Shown piece after piece: positions 22,273 to 31,519 of a stretch of DNA of 64,000 nucleotides. Source of the stretch: a virus. Made by a program: the position numbers and the translations under genes. The stretch is taken from IMG/VR virus record IMGVR_UViG_3300021963_009201, positions 1-64,000 of that record. The stretch is one strand, 5' to 3'. Positions within the stretch are counted from its first letter, which is position 1. Every line of letters begins with the position of its first letter. The notes beneath the pieces are model-generated. The model did no database searches. It was not told the origin of the DNA and saw only the letters and a program-made list of their open reading frames with translations.

Positions 22273-24068
22273 TGACGGCTATTGTTAGGTACAACCCAGA
22301 GATACCACCACAGTTTAAAACCATTTCTGTTTCCGGACAGTCTGACGTCATTGCTGATTCGGTCGCTGACACACTTACCCTTTCCGGCATATCGAACGTA
22401 CAAATAATAACAAATGCCAGTACAGATACAATTTCATTTGGGGTCAATGAGGACCCATCTTTTCACGCCGTTACGGTTAATGGTGATGGGGATGATGTTA
22501 ATCTTCTGGCGCTTACTAACTCTCACTTTAATTCTCGAATCTCACTTGACAATACTGCAACAAATGGTCGTGAATATCGAATTCTTTCTACAGGAACTGG
22601 ATCATCTATTACCGCAGGATCACTAGCCATTTATGATGCTGATGCTTCCGCAGTAAGGCTGCGTATAGCTGATGATGGGACCGTTTATGTTGTAGGTACG
22701 CTAAATGCAAATGCTCTTGCTGTAACTTCTACATCGGTTGTAGCAAACTTAAATGCCGATCAGTTGGATGGTCAGCACGGTTCGCATTACTTGGACTGGA
22801 CAAACACAACCAACAAGCCTGATCCGACGATCACTCTCGATGGCGACCTCACTGGTTCTGTCACTCTTACCGACCTCGCGTCCGGCACGCTTACGGCCAC
22901 TATCGCAGCAAACTCAGTTACTCTCGGAAATGACACGACCGGTAACTACATTTCAACAATCGCCGGAACGGCAGATGAGATTGAGGTCACTGGTTCGGGT
23001 ACGGAAAGTGCAGCAGTAACACTAAGCCTGCCAGCAACAATCAATGCGAATACCACTGGTTCAGCAGCGACTTGGACAACTTCTAGAACGATCACTCTTG
23101 GTGGCGACCTTTCAGGTTCCGTATCAATCAACGGATCTGCTGATGCAACACTCACTGCAACTATTGCGGCCAACTCGGTTGCACTGGGAACCGACACAAC
23201 TGGCAACTATGTAGCAACCATTGCTGGCACTGCCGATCAGGTAAATGTAAGTGGTTCAGGTTCTGAAACGGCAGCGATCACGCTTTCGCTTCCGCAGAGC
23301 ATTGCCTCTACTTCTTCTCCCTCGTTTGCTGGGGTGACGCTTTCTGATGACCTTGCCGTCAATGGCGGGGACATCACTACGACCAGCACTGGCACTGCGA
23401 CTGTTTTCAACACGAATGCTACGACACTCAATATCGGTGGAGCAGCGACTGCCGTTGGTATTGGTGCTGCCACCGGAACCACGACAGTCAATAATACTCT
23501 TGTTGTCACGGGAAACTTGACGGTAAACGGAACTACGACAACAGTCAATACAACTACCGTTTCAGTAGACGACAAGAACATTGAACTCGGTGCCGTAGCA
23601 AGCCCGACAGACGTAACTGCCGACGGTGGCGGTATCACCCTCAAGGGCGCAACCGACAAAACCATCATCTGGGTAGATGCAACGGATTGTTGGACATTTA
23701 ATCAAGACGTTGATCTCGCCTCAGGCAAGGTCTACAAGATCAACGGAACTTCCGTTCTTTCCTCAACTACGCTCGGAAGCGGAGTCACCGGATCTTCACT
23801 TACGTCTGTGGGAACAATCGGCACCGGAACGTGGCAAGGCACATCAGTTGCCGGTGCCTACGGTGGCACTGGTGTCGCCAACACGGGCAAGACGATCACC
23901 ATCGGTGGCAACTTCTCCACCACAGGCGCTCACGCCCTAGACTTCACGCTCGCAGGTGCAACCTCAGTCGCTATGCCGACTTCAGGTACGATGATTTCCA
24001 CAACGAACCCGAACCTTATCGCTGATGACGATCAGTTGATTCTCGCATCACAAATCTTCGGAAGGTAA
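22272..24068 (+). CDS. Tail fibre / fibre shaft protein, Thr/Gly/Ala-rich, with internal 87-aa duplication
   Basis: TGATG overlap gives ATG at 22272; repeat TITL.GDL.GSV...TLTATIAANSV.LG.DTTGNY..TIAGTAD...SG...A.TLSLP occurs twice; LTVNGTTTTVNTTT...DKNIELG motif; ends DDDQLILASQIFGR. Confidence 0.75.
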   Translation: MTAIVRYNPEIPPQFKTISVSGQSDVIADSVADTLTLSGISNVQIITNASTDTISFGVNEDPSFHAVTVNGDGDDVNLLALTNSHFNSRISLDNTATNGREYRILSTGTGSSITAGSLAIYDADASAVRLRIADDGTVYVVGTLNANALAVTSTSVVANLNADQLDGQHGSHYLDWTNTTNKPDPTITLDGDLTGSVTLTDLASGTLTATIAANSVTLGNDTTGNYISTIAGTADEIEVTGSGTESAAVTLSLPATINANTTGSAATWTTSRTITLGGDLSGSVSINGSADATLTATIAANSVALGTDTTGNYVATIAGTADQVNVSGSGSETAAITLSLPQSIASTSSPSFAGVTLSDDLAVNGGDITTTSTGTATVFNTNATTLNIGGAATAVGIGAATGTTTVNNTLVVTGNLTVNGTTTTVNTTTVSVDDKNIELGAVASPTDVTADGGGITLKGATDKTIIWVDATDCWTFNQDVDLASGKVYKINGTSVLSSTTLGSGVTGSSLTSVGTIGTGTWQGTSVAGAYGGTGVANTGKTITIGGNFSTTGAHALDFTLAGATSVAMPTSGTMISTTNPNLIADDDQLILASQIFGR

Positions 24069-24075
24069 TAATGAC

Positions 24076-24104
24076 TTGCAATACAAAACTTATGATGTTA
24101 CTAT
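24076..24104 (+). promoter_or_regulatory. SigA-like promoter TTGCAA-N17-TACTAT
   Basis: TTGCAA 24076-24081, 17 nt spacer, TACTAT 24099-24104; AAGGAG RBS follows. Confidence 0.55.
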
Positions 24105-24126
24105 TTAATCATAAGGAGATGAGTTA

Positions 24127-24495
24127 ATGGCTACGTACGCTAAAACAATCCTAAGCGGCTCTATTGACGGTAAGGGTATAGATGTTACCGGCACTGCCAC
24201 TGCTACCGCTGTGACTATCCATACAGGATCGACAACTGCTGCAACTCTTCATGAGATTTGGCTTTACGCTGTAAACACGGACAGTGCTGGTGCTGCTATA
24301 AAACTCACCATTGAGTGGGGAGCAGCGAACTCCGCTAAAGACACTATTGAACTTACAGTTCAACCGGAATCTGGTCTTGTCCTTGTGGTCCCCGGCCTTC
24401 TGATCAAGGGCAACGCAACTCCGCTTGTCGTAGAGGCCTTTGCTGGCACTGCCAGTAAAATCTCAATCCACGGTTACGTCAACTCTATTGCCTGA
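24127..24495 (+). CDS. Small beta-rich virion protein (fibre adaptor-like)
   Basis: AAGGAG RBS; TIHTG...EIWLYAVN...LTIEWG...PGL.I.G...I..HGYVN pattern; same size class as 3588 and 21943. Confidence 0.6.
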   Translation: MATYAKTILSGSIDGKGIDVTGTATATAVTIHTGSTTAATLHEIWLYAVNTDSAGAAIKLTIEWGAANSAKDTIELTVQPESGLVLVVPGLLIKGNATPLVVEAFAGTASKISIHGYVNSIA

Positions 24496-24497
24496 TC

Positions 24498-25034
24498 ATG
24501 AGAGAAGTTAGCCAGTACGTTTCCGAACCCACACTGCAAGTGCCTGTCGGCATGATTGTTATGTATGGGTCAGTAACCACCATCCCTAGAGGTTGGTTGT
24601 TATGTGATGGAACGGGTTACGCAATCGCTACCTATCCCGCACTTTTTGCTGCGATCGGAAACACCTACGGCTCTTCGGGTGGTTTTCAAGTTCCAAACCT
24701 CACGGGTCGCATTCCCGTTGGGGCGGGTGGAACGGCAACTGGAGCCTTAGGGTCAGAACTTGGTCTTGGACGGGCAGTCGGTTCGACTGGAGGAGTCGCT
24801 ACGGTGACTCTGACTGCGGCTCAATCTGGAATGCCCGCACACACTCACACCTACGACGACAAATATCGGACCACGGGGGCCTTAGTGAGTTCGGGAGGTA
24901 CAGCCATCAACTCAAACTCTCAGACGGAAGTAACGAGATCGACAACCGGCAATCCGACTGATGCCACCGCAGTATCAAGCCATGACAACCTTATGCCCTA
25001 TTTGACTGTTGCTTTCATCATTAAGGCGACATGA
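24498..25034 (+). CDS. Phage tail collar domain protein 1
   Basis: PVGMIVMY...PRGWLLCDG..Y....YPALFAAIG..YG......VPNL.GR; C-terminal SHDNLMPY....FIIK. Confidence 0.85.
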   Translation: MREVSQYVSEPTLQVPVGMIVMYGSVTTIPRGWLLCDGTGYAIATYPALFAAIGNTYGSSGGFQVPNLTGRIPVGAGGTATGALGSELGLGRAVGSTGGVATVTLTAAQSGMPAHTHTYDDKYRTTGALVSSGGTAINSNSQTEVTRSTTGNPTDATAVSSHDNLMPYLTVAFIIKAT

Positions 25035-25528
25035 TGGACGAATACGTTTCTAATCCCGTTTCTCTTGATCGTTTTCTATTTCCAGTTGGAACTATTTTGA
25101 ACTGGACGACAACAACAGTCCCAAAGGGATGGCTTCTTTGTGACGGCACTGGATATGCAATAGCGACGTATCCCGAACTTTATGCAGCCATTTCAACCAA
25201 CTTTGGTTCTTCTGGTGGATTTCAAGTACCAAACTTCTCATCAAAAGTTCCATATGGTGGCACTGGAAGCATTGGTACAAGTGCAGGTGTGGCCACTGTT
25301 ACTCTTACGGGCGCTCAAACAGGGCTTAAGGGTCATACGCACAACACCTTTGACTTCAGTACTACAGGCTTCAATAATGCAAATACGGGAAGTAGTGCAT
25401 CCGCCGCTTACAACACCGTTGACGCTGGCGGGCCAACCAGTACCGTTTCTGCGGCGACTGCTGCTTCTTCTCACGACAATCTTCAACCGTACCGATCGTT
25501 AAGTTTTATTATTAAGGCTTTCGGATGA
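25031..25528 (+). CDS. Phage tail collar domain protein 2
   Basis: PVGTI...PKGWLLCDG...YPELYAAI...FQVPN; SHDNLQPY...FIIK. Confidence 0.85.
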   Translation: MMDEYVSNPVSLDRFLFPVGTILNWTTTTVPKGWLLCDGTGYAIATYPELYAAISTNFGSSGGFQVPNFSSKVPYGGTGSIGTSAGVATVTLTGAQTGLKGHTHNTFDFSTTGFNNANTGSSASAAYNTVDAGGPTSTVSAATAASSHDNLQPYRSLSFIIKAFG

Positions 25529-26046
25529 ACAGAAACCAAGCATCACGGCCCGTGTCCCAGCAAACCCGAAAGATACCCGCCGGACTTGTGGCTATTTGGC
25601 CGTCAGCGACCATTCCCGTGGGTTGGTTACTGTGCGATGGAACTGGATACGCAACTGCGACTTACCCAGCACTTTTTGCTGCGATCTCAACTACTTACGG
25701 TTCAAGTGGCGGTTTTCAAGTCCCAGACATGAGGACTTTTGTTCCTTATTACACCGGAGTGTTAAATGCCACCGCTGGTGTCAGTACCGTAACCTTGACG
25801 GCTGCCCAATCTGGACTAGTTTCTCACTCTCACACTTATGTTGATTTTTGGCCAAACACTCAATACACAAATGTCACAGATGATGCCGCAGGTGTTTCTG
25901 GAATCAGAACTGAAGGAACTACCATTGGGGAAACATCGTCTCACCTCATAATCAGTGGTACTACCTACGCCTCTGGCATTGGGGCCTCTGGAGCGCATAC
26001 AAATCTTCAGCCATACCTTCTAATCAACTTCATCATCAAAACCTGA
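25525..26046 (+). CDS. Phage tail collar domain protein 3
   Basis: PAGLV...PVGWLLCDG...YPALFAAI...FQVPD; AHTNLQPY...FIIK. Confidence 0.85.
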   Translation: MNRNQASRPVSQQTRKIPAGLVAIWPSATIPVGWLLCDGTGYATATYPALFAAISTTYGSSGGFQVPDMRTFVPYYTGVLNATAGVSTVTLTAAQSGLVSHSHTYVDFWPNTQYTNVTDDAAGVSGIRTEGTTIGETSSHLIISGTTYASGIGASGAHTNLQPYLLINFIIKT

Positions 26047-26055
26047 GGTAAAAAA

Positions 26056-26394
26056 ATGGATGACATACAACTACCAGATTCGCGACCACCAGAAATCTTT
26101 GGATTCAAACCAAACCAAATATTTGACAAGGATATTGGGGCGCAATCGTGTGGTTTTGAAAGCGAACTAGACTTACTTGAAAACGGTGATGACCGAGACA
26201 GAGTTCGCCTTGAACTTCACGCCGAGTCTTGGCAAAAGAACAATGACCAAATCACATCGTGGCTTGAGAATCACGTCAAAACCGCCGAAGCAGTAATCGC
26301 CCTAAATGATCAACTCAAGTCTCTTGAAGAACGATTCAGCGAACAATCAGCACGCTTGAGAGCATTAGAGGCCCAACTTGGGACTCAGGCGTAA
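26056..26394 (+). CDS. Hypothetical protein with C-terminal coiled coil (possible fibre chaperone)
   Basis: GAGG RBS; LNDQLKSLEERFSEQSARLRALEAQL heptads. Confidence 0.6.
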   Translation: MDDIQLPDSRPPEIFGFKPNQIFDKDIGAQSCGFESELDLLENGDDRDRVRLELHAESWQKNNDQITSWLENHVKTAEAVIALNDQLKSLEERFSEQSARLRALEAQLGTQA

Positions 26395-26549
26395 TGAACG
26401 ATTCTGCTGAGATGGTTCTAGTGGAATTTCCACGAGAACTTGTTGAGCGAATTGCATACCGCATGGAAGCAATTGATGATGATTTAGATTGGCACGCTAT
26501 CTATACCGCCTGTTTGGGGTCTTTAAGCAAGGAAAATAATGGACGTTAA
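26394..26549 (+). CDS. Small hypothetical protein (51 aa, not in ORF track)
   Basis: TAATG coupling to the upstream gene; MNDSAEMVLVEFPRELVERIAYRMEAIDDDLDWHAIYTACLGSLSKENNGR*. Confidence 0.5.
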   Translation: MNDSAEMVLVEFPRELVERIAYRMEAIDDDLDWHAIYTACLGSLSKENNGR

Positions 26550-26673
26550 TGTAGATTTAAATGAAGTAATAGATGAATTATTAGAAAAAAATAAAGCTCT
26601 CATATTAGAGAATATAGTCCTCAGAAAAGCTCTAGAAAAGAAAAATAATGAGGATAATTCCGAATTAGAGTGA
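26539..26673 (+). CDS. Small coiled-coil hypothetical protein (44 aa, not in ORF track)
   Basis: AAGGA upstream; MDVNVDLNEVIDELLEKNKALILENIVLRKALEKKNNEDNSELE*. Confidence 0.5.
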   Translation: MDVNVDLNEVIDELLEKNKALILENIVLRKALEKKNNEDNSELE

Positions 26674-26731
26674 GTTTTTAAAGCCTATATAAAATGATTT
26701 CGCCCAAAACTAAAGTTGTTTTGTAGGGAGG

Positions 26732-26740
26732 TTACTAATA
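26732..26740 (+). promoter_or_regulatory. TTACTAATA promoter-like motif
   Basis: Variant of the recurrent motif, upstream of the main sheath gene. Confidence 0.4.
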
Positions 26741-26791
26741 GGATAGGTTTAATTCCTTTCTCTATCAAATCCGTACACGGAGGTATTATTA

Positions 26792-28126
26792 GTGGCACTC
26801 CCCGGCGTTAATCTAGTTATCAAGGACCAGTTCCTTGGTGTATCTAGGACAGATATTCCAATCGGTCCTCGCGTAGCTATTATCGGTCGCAGAAAAGCGG
26901 CAGGTGAGTTAGCTACACCTAATACTGCAGGCACAAGCGCATTCTCAAACCCTGCATACCCATCTACCGTCAACCTTTCGGCAAATGTTGCCGACCTTGA
27001 CCCAGTTAGTCCAACCACGGAGCAGGAAGTTATCAACTACTTCGGTATTGGTTCGGACCTTCACCGTGGTTACATCGAGGCGCAGCGCGGCGGTGCATCT
27101 TTTATTACTTGCATTGCACTTCCTTCCGACACTGTTTACAACAATAATAGCGGAACAATCACAAGTGCATCCTACACTGCCTTAGGTGGAACAGACCTCT
27201 TTGCAGATGCGTTTTCTGCAGCAGAGGTTGCCCGTGCTGACATCATAGTTCCTTGGGGTCGCGGTTCTGGTCCAAATGATTTTCAGGATCCAGCAACACC
27301 TGGCGATGATGATCTTCATTACGGTTTCTTCGCAGATAACTCTGCAACTGTTGCTAATAGTTGGGCCTACAAGGTTGCTACACAATGTGCACGTATTACC
27401 GCTGATTCGCACCCATGTTTTGCAGTACTTGGCGTAAAGCCATATATCGGCATTTCAACCGTTGATGGCGGCATGACTCCTGCACAGGTGGTTACACACC
27501 TTACCCTTCCAAACTTGGCTGACAGGAATGGTACCGAATCTGCAATTCTTCTTGGACACTATGTTACTGTAGTGGCTACAGAAATTGAACCACTCAGGTA
27601 CAACCAATATGTGAACTTTGGTTTTGCAAACGGAGCTGCAAGCTATGCTGGTGCAGTTACCAAGCTCGACTCATGGTCAGCACCAACTGCAAAAACTATC
27701 TTCAATGTACAGCGCGTACGTTATAACCCAACTCGGACAAGCCAAACGAACCTAGTTGACCTTGGCGTAGTCCCTGTTGCGATTAACTTCAATCGTGTTC
27801 CTAACTGGATTGACGGCCAAACGTTTGCCAAGGATGGCTCAGACTACCGTAGGCTTACCACGCTTCGCATCGTTTATGATGCAGTTCTCCTGATCCGTCA
27901 AATCTCCCAAAAGTTTATCGGCGAAAGCGCAAGCACAGCAACTCGCAATGCCCTTGAAACGGCAGTAACATCTGGCCTTCGTGGCATGCAGCAGATGGGC
28001 GCACTACTTGCTAGCGATTTCACGGTAACATATATCGGACTAGAGAATAGGGCTATTATTGACCTTGTTCTTCAGCCGGCATTCGAACTTCGTAATATTG
28101 AAGTTCGCGTATCTGTACAACTATAG
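26792..28126 (+). CDS. Tail sheath protein (main paralog)
   Basis: GGAGG RBS plus GTG; IIGR...FG..SDLHRGY.EA; C-terminal RLTTLRIV...KFIGE...L.GMQQMG.L...F.V....IDLVLQPAFELRNIEVRV. Confidence 0.85.
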   Translation: MALPGVNLVIKDQFLGVSRTDIPIGPRVAIIGRRKAAGELATPNTAGTSAFSNPAYPSTVNLSANVADLDPVSPTTEQEVINYFGIGSDLHRGYIEAQRGGASFITCIALPSDTVYNNNSGTITSASYTALGGTDLFADAFSAAEVARADIIVPWGRGSGPNDFQDPATPGDDDLHYGFFADNSATVANSWAYKVATQCARITADSHPCFAVLGVKPYIGISTVDGGMTPAQVVTHLTLPNLADRNGTESAILLGHYVTVVATEIEPLRYNQYVNFGFANGAASYAGAVTKLDSWSAPTAKTIFNVQRVRYNPTRTSQTNLVDLGVVPVAINFNRVPNWIDGQTFAKDGSDYRRLTTLRIVYDAVLLIRQISQKFIGESASTATRNALETAVTSGLRGMQQMGALLASDFTVTYIGLENRAIIDLVLQPAFELRNIEVRVSVQL

Positions 28127-28179
28127 TTACTTTTAACCTTAAGATGCGAGCCTAAAAGTTCGCGGCAAGGAGAATCATA

Positions 28180-28854
28180 ATGCCAGCATCACAAACAAGT
28201 GGGACTAACCAAATTGGTCGTTTCACAGATACTTACACAACATTCTCTGGCGCAGATATAGTATGCTGCTTCGATTCCGTACCTATCGGTACGCTTTCTG
28301 GCATCACCTATTCGGTAACCAGAGAAAAGGCACCAATTTACACAATGGGATCCCCAAACCCTCGTTCATTCTCTCGTGGAAAACGCGGTATTGCAGGATC
28401 TCTTATTTTCACGGTTTTTGATCGTCCATCACTTTACAACCTTCTTCTTAAGAATGTTGATAACGACTCCATGAAATACTTTACTCGTTCATCGAACGTA
28501 CTTCCTGGTTTCGACAGTAATGGCAACATCACTCACCGAGGAATTACCCCACCAGACTATCAGACCCGAGACATTCGGTCGGCATTCCCTTACTATGCAG
28601 ACCAGATTCCTCCATTTGATGTTACCGTAACATTCGCCAACGAATACGGGCAAGCTGCCGTTCGTAGCATCTACGGTGTTGAACTTCTAAATGAAGGATC
28701 AGGTGCTTCTATGGATGACATAGTCATCGAGGAGACCATGACGTATGTCGCTCGCGACGTTGGTCCAATGTATGCGACTGGGCAGCCTCGCGATGGTGTC
28801 CTTGACTTTGCAGGTGTCGATTCCTCTATCAATACCAATATCATCGTTCCTTAA
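28180..28854 (+). CDS. Tail tube protein
   Basis: Directly after sheath; FSGADI...IG.L.GITYSV.REK.P...G......RG.RGIAGSLIF..FDR...PPFDVT..F.NE.G. Confidence 0.8.
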   Translation: MPASQTSGTNQIGRFTDTYTTFSGADIVCCFDSVPIGTLSGITYSVTREKAPIYTMGSPNPRSFSRGKRGIAGSLIFTVFDRPSLYNLLLKNVDNDSMKYFTRSSNVLPGFDSNGNITHRGITPPDYQTRDIRSAFPYYADQIPPFDVTVTFANEYGQAAVRSIYGVELLNEGSGASMDDIVIEETMTYVARDVGPMYATGQPRDGVLDFAGVDSSINTNIIVP

Positions 28855-28877
28855 TTTATATTAAGTTTCAGATTATG

Positions 28878-28912
28878 AAAAAGGGAGTACTATATAAAGT
28901 GCTCCCTTTTTT
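28878..28912. terminator. Bidirectional-type intrinsic terminator after tube gene
   Basis: AAAAA-GGGAGTAC-TATATAAA-GTGCTCCC-TTTTTT. Confidence 0.75.
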
Positions 28913-28929
28913 ATGTTTATGGAGATACT

Positions 28930-30096
28930 ATGCCAGATGAAGAGAGACCGTACACATGGTTTCCAACCTCAACTGAAGAAGCTATAGCGATCAATGAAGA
29001 ACCAACTTCATTGCCTGACTGGTATGACCCGCCGCCAAATACGCTCCCGATAAATACCCCGCCAATAAATCGGGAAAGCGAATACACGCTTCCAAAATGG
29101 TATGAAAATACTGATGTTTCTGCAATAATAAATGAGAACCAGTATAATCAGTCTTTGGCTAATCCAATTAAAGTTGGCGGTAAATTAAATAAGGTTAACG
29201 ATTACGGCGCTACGGGATTGTATACATCCTATGCAGGTGTCGATATAGTGGCAACTATGGTCATACCCGGCCAAACAGAGCCAATTGACATTGGTGAACT
29301 CCAAACTATTTCTTATTCGATCCATAGGGAAAATGTACCTGTTAGGGTCTTGGGTAGGGTTGGACCAAGAGGTTTCGTTAAGGGTCCGCGAACTATAGCT
29401 GGAAGCTTAATTTTTACTCAGTTTGATAAATATTTCTTTTATAAATTAAGTACTTTTAAAAATCATTTGGCCAATAACCTATACCCACTTTCGGATATGC
29501 TTCCGCCATTTGACGTAACTATTTCTTTTTCGAATGAAAGCGGTTCTTTTTCGAAGCTTAAAATATATGGAATTACAATAGTTGACGAAGGTTCAACTAT
29601 GTCGGTTGATGACCTTATTACAGAACAAACTTTTACTTACATGGCGCGCGGAATACAGCCTTTGGTCAGCTATTTGCCAAATGATATTAAAGAAATTATA
29701 GATAGAGACTATTTAACTGATCCTGAAAAACGTAGCGATATATTGGTTATAGGCGGGGGCAGTCCAGGTGCTCCATCTATTCAAGTTCCTGCTGATGGAG
29801 GATCTCAATATCTCATTAAGCTGGCTCAATTGAGAAGTGAAAAGAATGAATTGATTAGGTCTCAAGGGGATACCCAGTATCAGTTTAATACATTTATAGG
29901 GCTCATGGCCGAATTGGGCGGAGAATACGTAGGTGATCTAGATAACCCAATTTATCTTGATAAGAAAGCCTACTATGAATATGAGATAGCACAACTACAG
30001 AATGACTTGAATTACTATGCTTTACGTATAGATGAAAAAGATAATCAAATTTTTGAATTTATAGCAAAAATGAAAGAATTAGGCATAGAAGAATAA
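28930..30096 (+). CDS. Tail tube paralog 2 with Pro-rich N-terminal and coiled-coil C-terminal extensions
   Basis: YAGVDI...IGELQTISYSIHRE..P...G...G.RTIAGSLIF..FD...PPFDVT.SF.NE.G aligns with 28180-28854. Confidence 0.75.
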   Translation: MPDEERPYTWFPTSTEEAIAINEEPTSLPDWYDPPPNTLPINTPPINRESEYTLPKWYENTDVSAIINENQYNQSLANPIKVGGKLNKVNDYGATGLYTSYAGVDIVATMVIPGQTEPIDIGELQTISYSIHRENVPVRVLGRVGPRGFVKGPRTIAGSLIFTQFDKYFFYKLSTFKNHLANNLYPLSDMLPPFDVTISFSNESGSFSKLKIYGITIVDEGSTMSVDDLITEQTFTYMARGIQPLVSYLPNDIKEIIDRDYLTDPEKRSDILVIGGGSPGAPSIQVPADGGSQYLIKLAQLRSEKNELIRSQGDTQYQFNTFIGLMAELGGEYVGDLDNPIYLDKKAYYEYEIAQLQNDLNYYALRIDEKDNQIFEFIAKMKELGIEE

Positions 30097-30968
30097 TGGC
30101 GATTTCAAGAGACACTAGAGACATTGAGCAAAGGAATGGCGCGATACAAAATCGTATGCCAACGGAGAGTATCCGCCGTAGAACGACTAGTAACGCACTA
30201 GCGTTAAGCCGCTCAAGTGAGCTAGATATATTAAATAGTGAGATAGATCTTCAGTGGGCATCTGCTTTTGGCGGGGCATCTGACAAATTCAATACTTATT
30301 ATGATTACTATTATTCGGGCCAAGATATTCAGGTATACATCGATGGCGCTCAGTCTCAATCGACTGGTGGGGCAATACCCATTGTAAGCTTTGGTTTTAA
30401 TATCAAGCAAGAAAAGCAGCCTCTATACGGTTTTTGGAGTTATACTTTTGATGCTATAATGCGCGGTAATCGTATAGTTAATGGCACTTTTACAGTGGCT
30501 ACAACATCTTTAAACTACATAAAAGATTTGTTAACTGAAGCTGCAGTCACCAGGAAGAAGGGAACTGAAAGTCTTTATCCGATAAGAAATTTAAATAAAG
30601 ATGAAGAAAATATAGAAAAATATTGGAGCCTTAACGTAGACTCCTCTTTGGTTGGTGTTACAGTGGATAACCAGCGTAATTTATGGAGTTCGCATCCGCC
30701 TTTCAATTTTGTTATAGTATATGGTATGCAGGACATTAGTATATCTGATTATACCTCAGGAAATTTAAAGAGGCTTAAAAATCCACAAAATCTTTTGGTA
30801 GATACTAATGATAGATTAGTTTCGGAGAATATAACTCCTACACGTCATGTGATAGAGAATGTTGAATTGACAAGCATGCAGGTAGAGTATACACCAGATG
30901 GTCAGCCAGTAGGTGAAACTTATACCTTCTTAGCTAGAGATTTGTTTAGTTATCAAGAAAAGGAATAA
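30096..30968 (+). CDS. Tail tube paralog 3 (tube initiator-like)
   Basis: YSGQDIQVYID...Q.K.PLYG...G.RIV.G.FTV...PPFN....YG...ETYTFLARD. Confidence 0.65.
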   Translation: MAISRDTRDIEQRNGAIQNRMPTESIRRRTTSNALALSRSSELDILNSEIDLQWASAFGGASDKFNTYYDYYYSGQDIQVYIDGAQSQSTGGAIPIVSFGFNIKQEKQPLYGFWSYTFDAIMRGNRIVNGTFTVATTSLNYIKDLLTEAAVTRKKGTESLYPIRNLNKDEENIEKYWSLNVDSSLVGVTVDNQRNLWSSHPPFNFVIVYGMQDISISDYTSGNLKRLKNPQNLLVDTNDRLVSENITPTRHVIENVELTSMQVEYTPDGQPVGETYTFLARDLFSYQEKE

Positions 30969-30973
30969 ATTAA

Positions 30974-31519
30974 ATGGCAGATAAAAAAGTGACAATGGGT
31001 GCATCAGATCTTGATGAACCTATTTTTGAAAATACAGAAACTATTGAAGAAATATTTGAAGAAGCAGCCGCAGCAGGTGAGGGCGATGCTGTTATTGAGG
31101 TGTTAGACGCTGATGAAGCGTATGAAGATGGTGTAGCCTTGACAGTTGAGGATCTTGATCCAGCAGAAGAATTGTGGCCCGGTGGCCCTACAGCAGCCAA
31201 GATTATTTCTTGGAAACAGGAGCATGGCGACGTATATGTAACCTCTATAACTATGGATCAACATATTGTTTGGCGCACCATGAACAGGTTTGAGTATAAA
31301 AACCATGTCAAGAATATCGAAAGACTTGGTCAGAACGGTCAAATTAGCCAAGCTGATGTATCAATGTTGAATGAAGAGCTGATTGCAGAGATGTGCATTC
31401 TTTTCCCCAAGTTTGATAGAAATCAACTCAACGGTGAGTTAGCCGGAGTTCCGTCGATTATTGCTCAAGAAGTAATGGAAGCTTCAGGGTTCGTCGCCCT
31501 AGAGGTGCGACAGCTCTGA
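30974..31519 (+). CDS. Tail assembly chaperone-like protein 1
   Basis: Between tube and tape measure; acidic N-terminus; WKQEHGDVY...WR.MNR.EY...C.LFP...AG.P..I...VME.SGF. Confidence 0.65.
   Translation: MADKKVTMGASDLDEPIFENTETIEEIFEEAAAAGEGDAVIEVLDADEAYEDGVALTVEDLDPAEELWPGGPTAAKIISWKQEHGDVYVTSITMDQHIVWRTMNRFEYKNHVKNIERLGQNGQISQADVSMLNEELIAEMCILFPKFDRNQLNGELAGVPSIIAQEVMEASGFVALEVRQL

Noticed and set aside
28146-28163. Small hairpin GCGAGC-CTAAAA-GTTCGC between sheath and tube genes
   Set aside because: Only 6 bp with a G-U pair and no U-tract; too weak to call a terminator or processing site.
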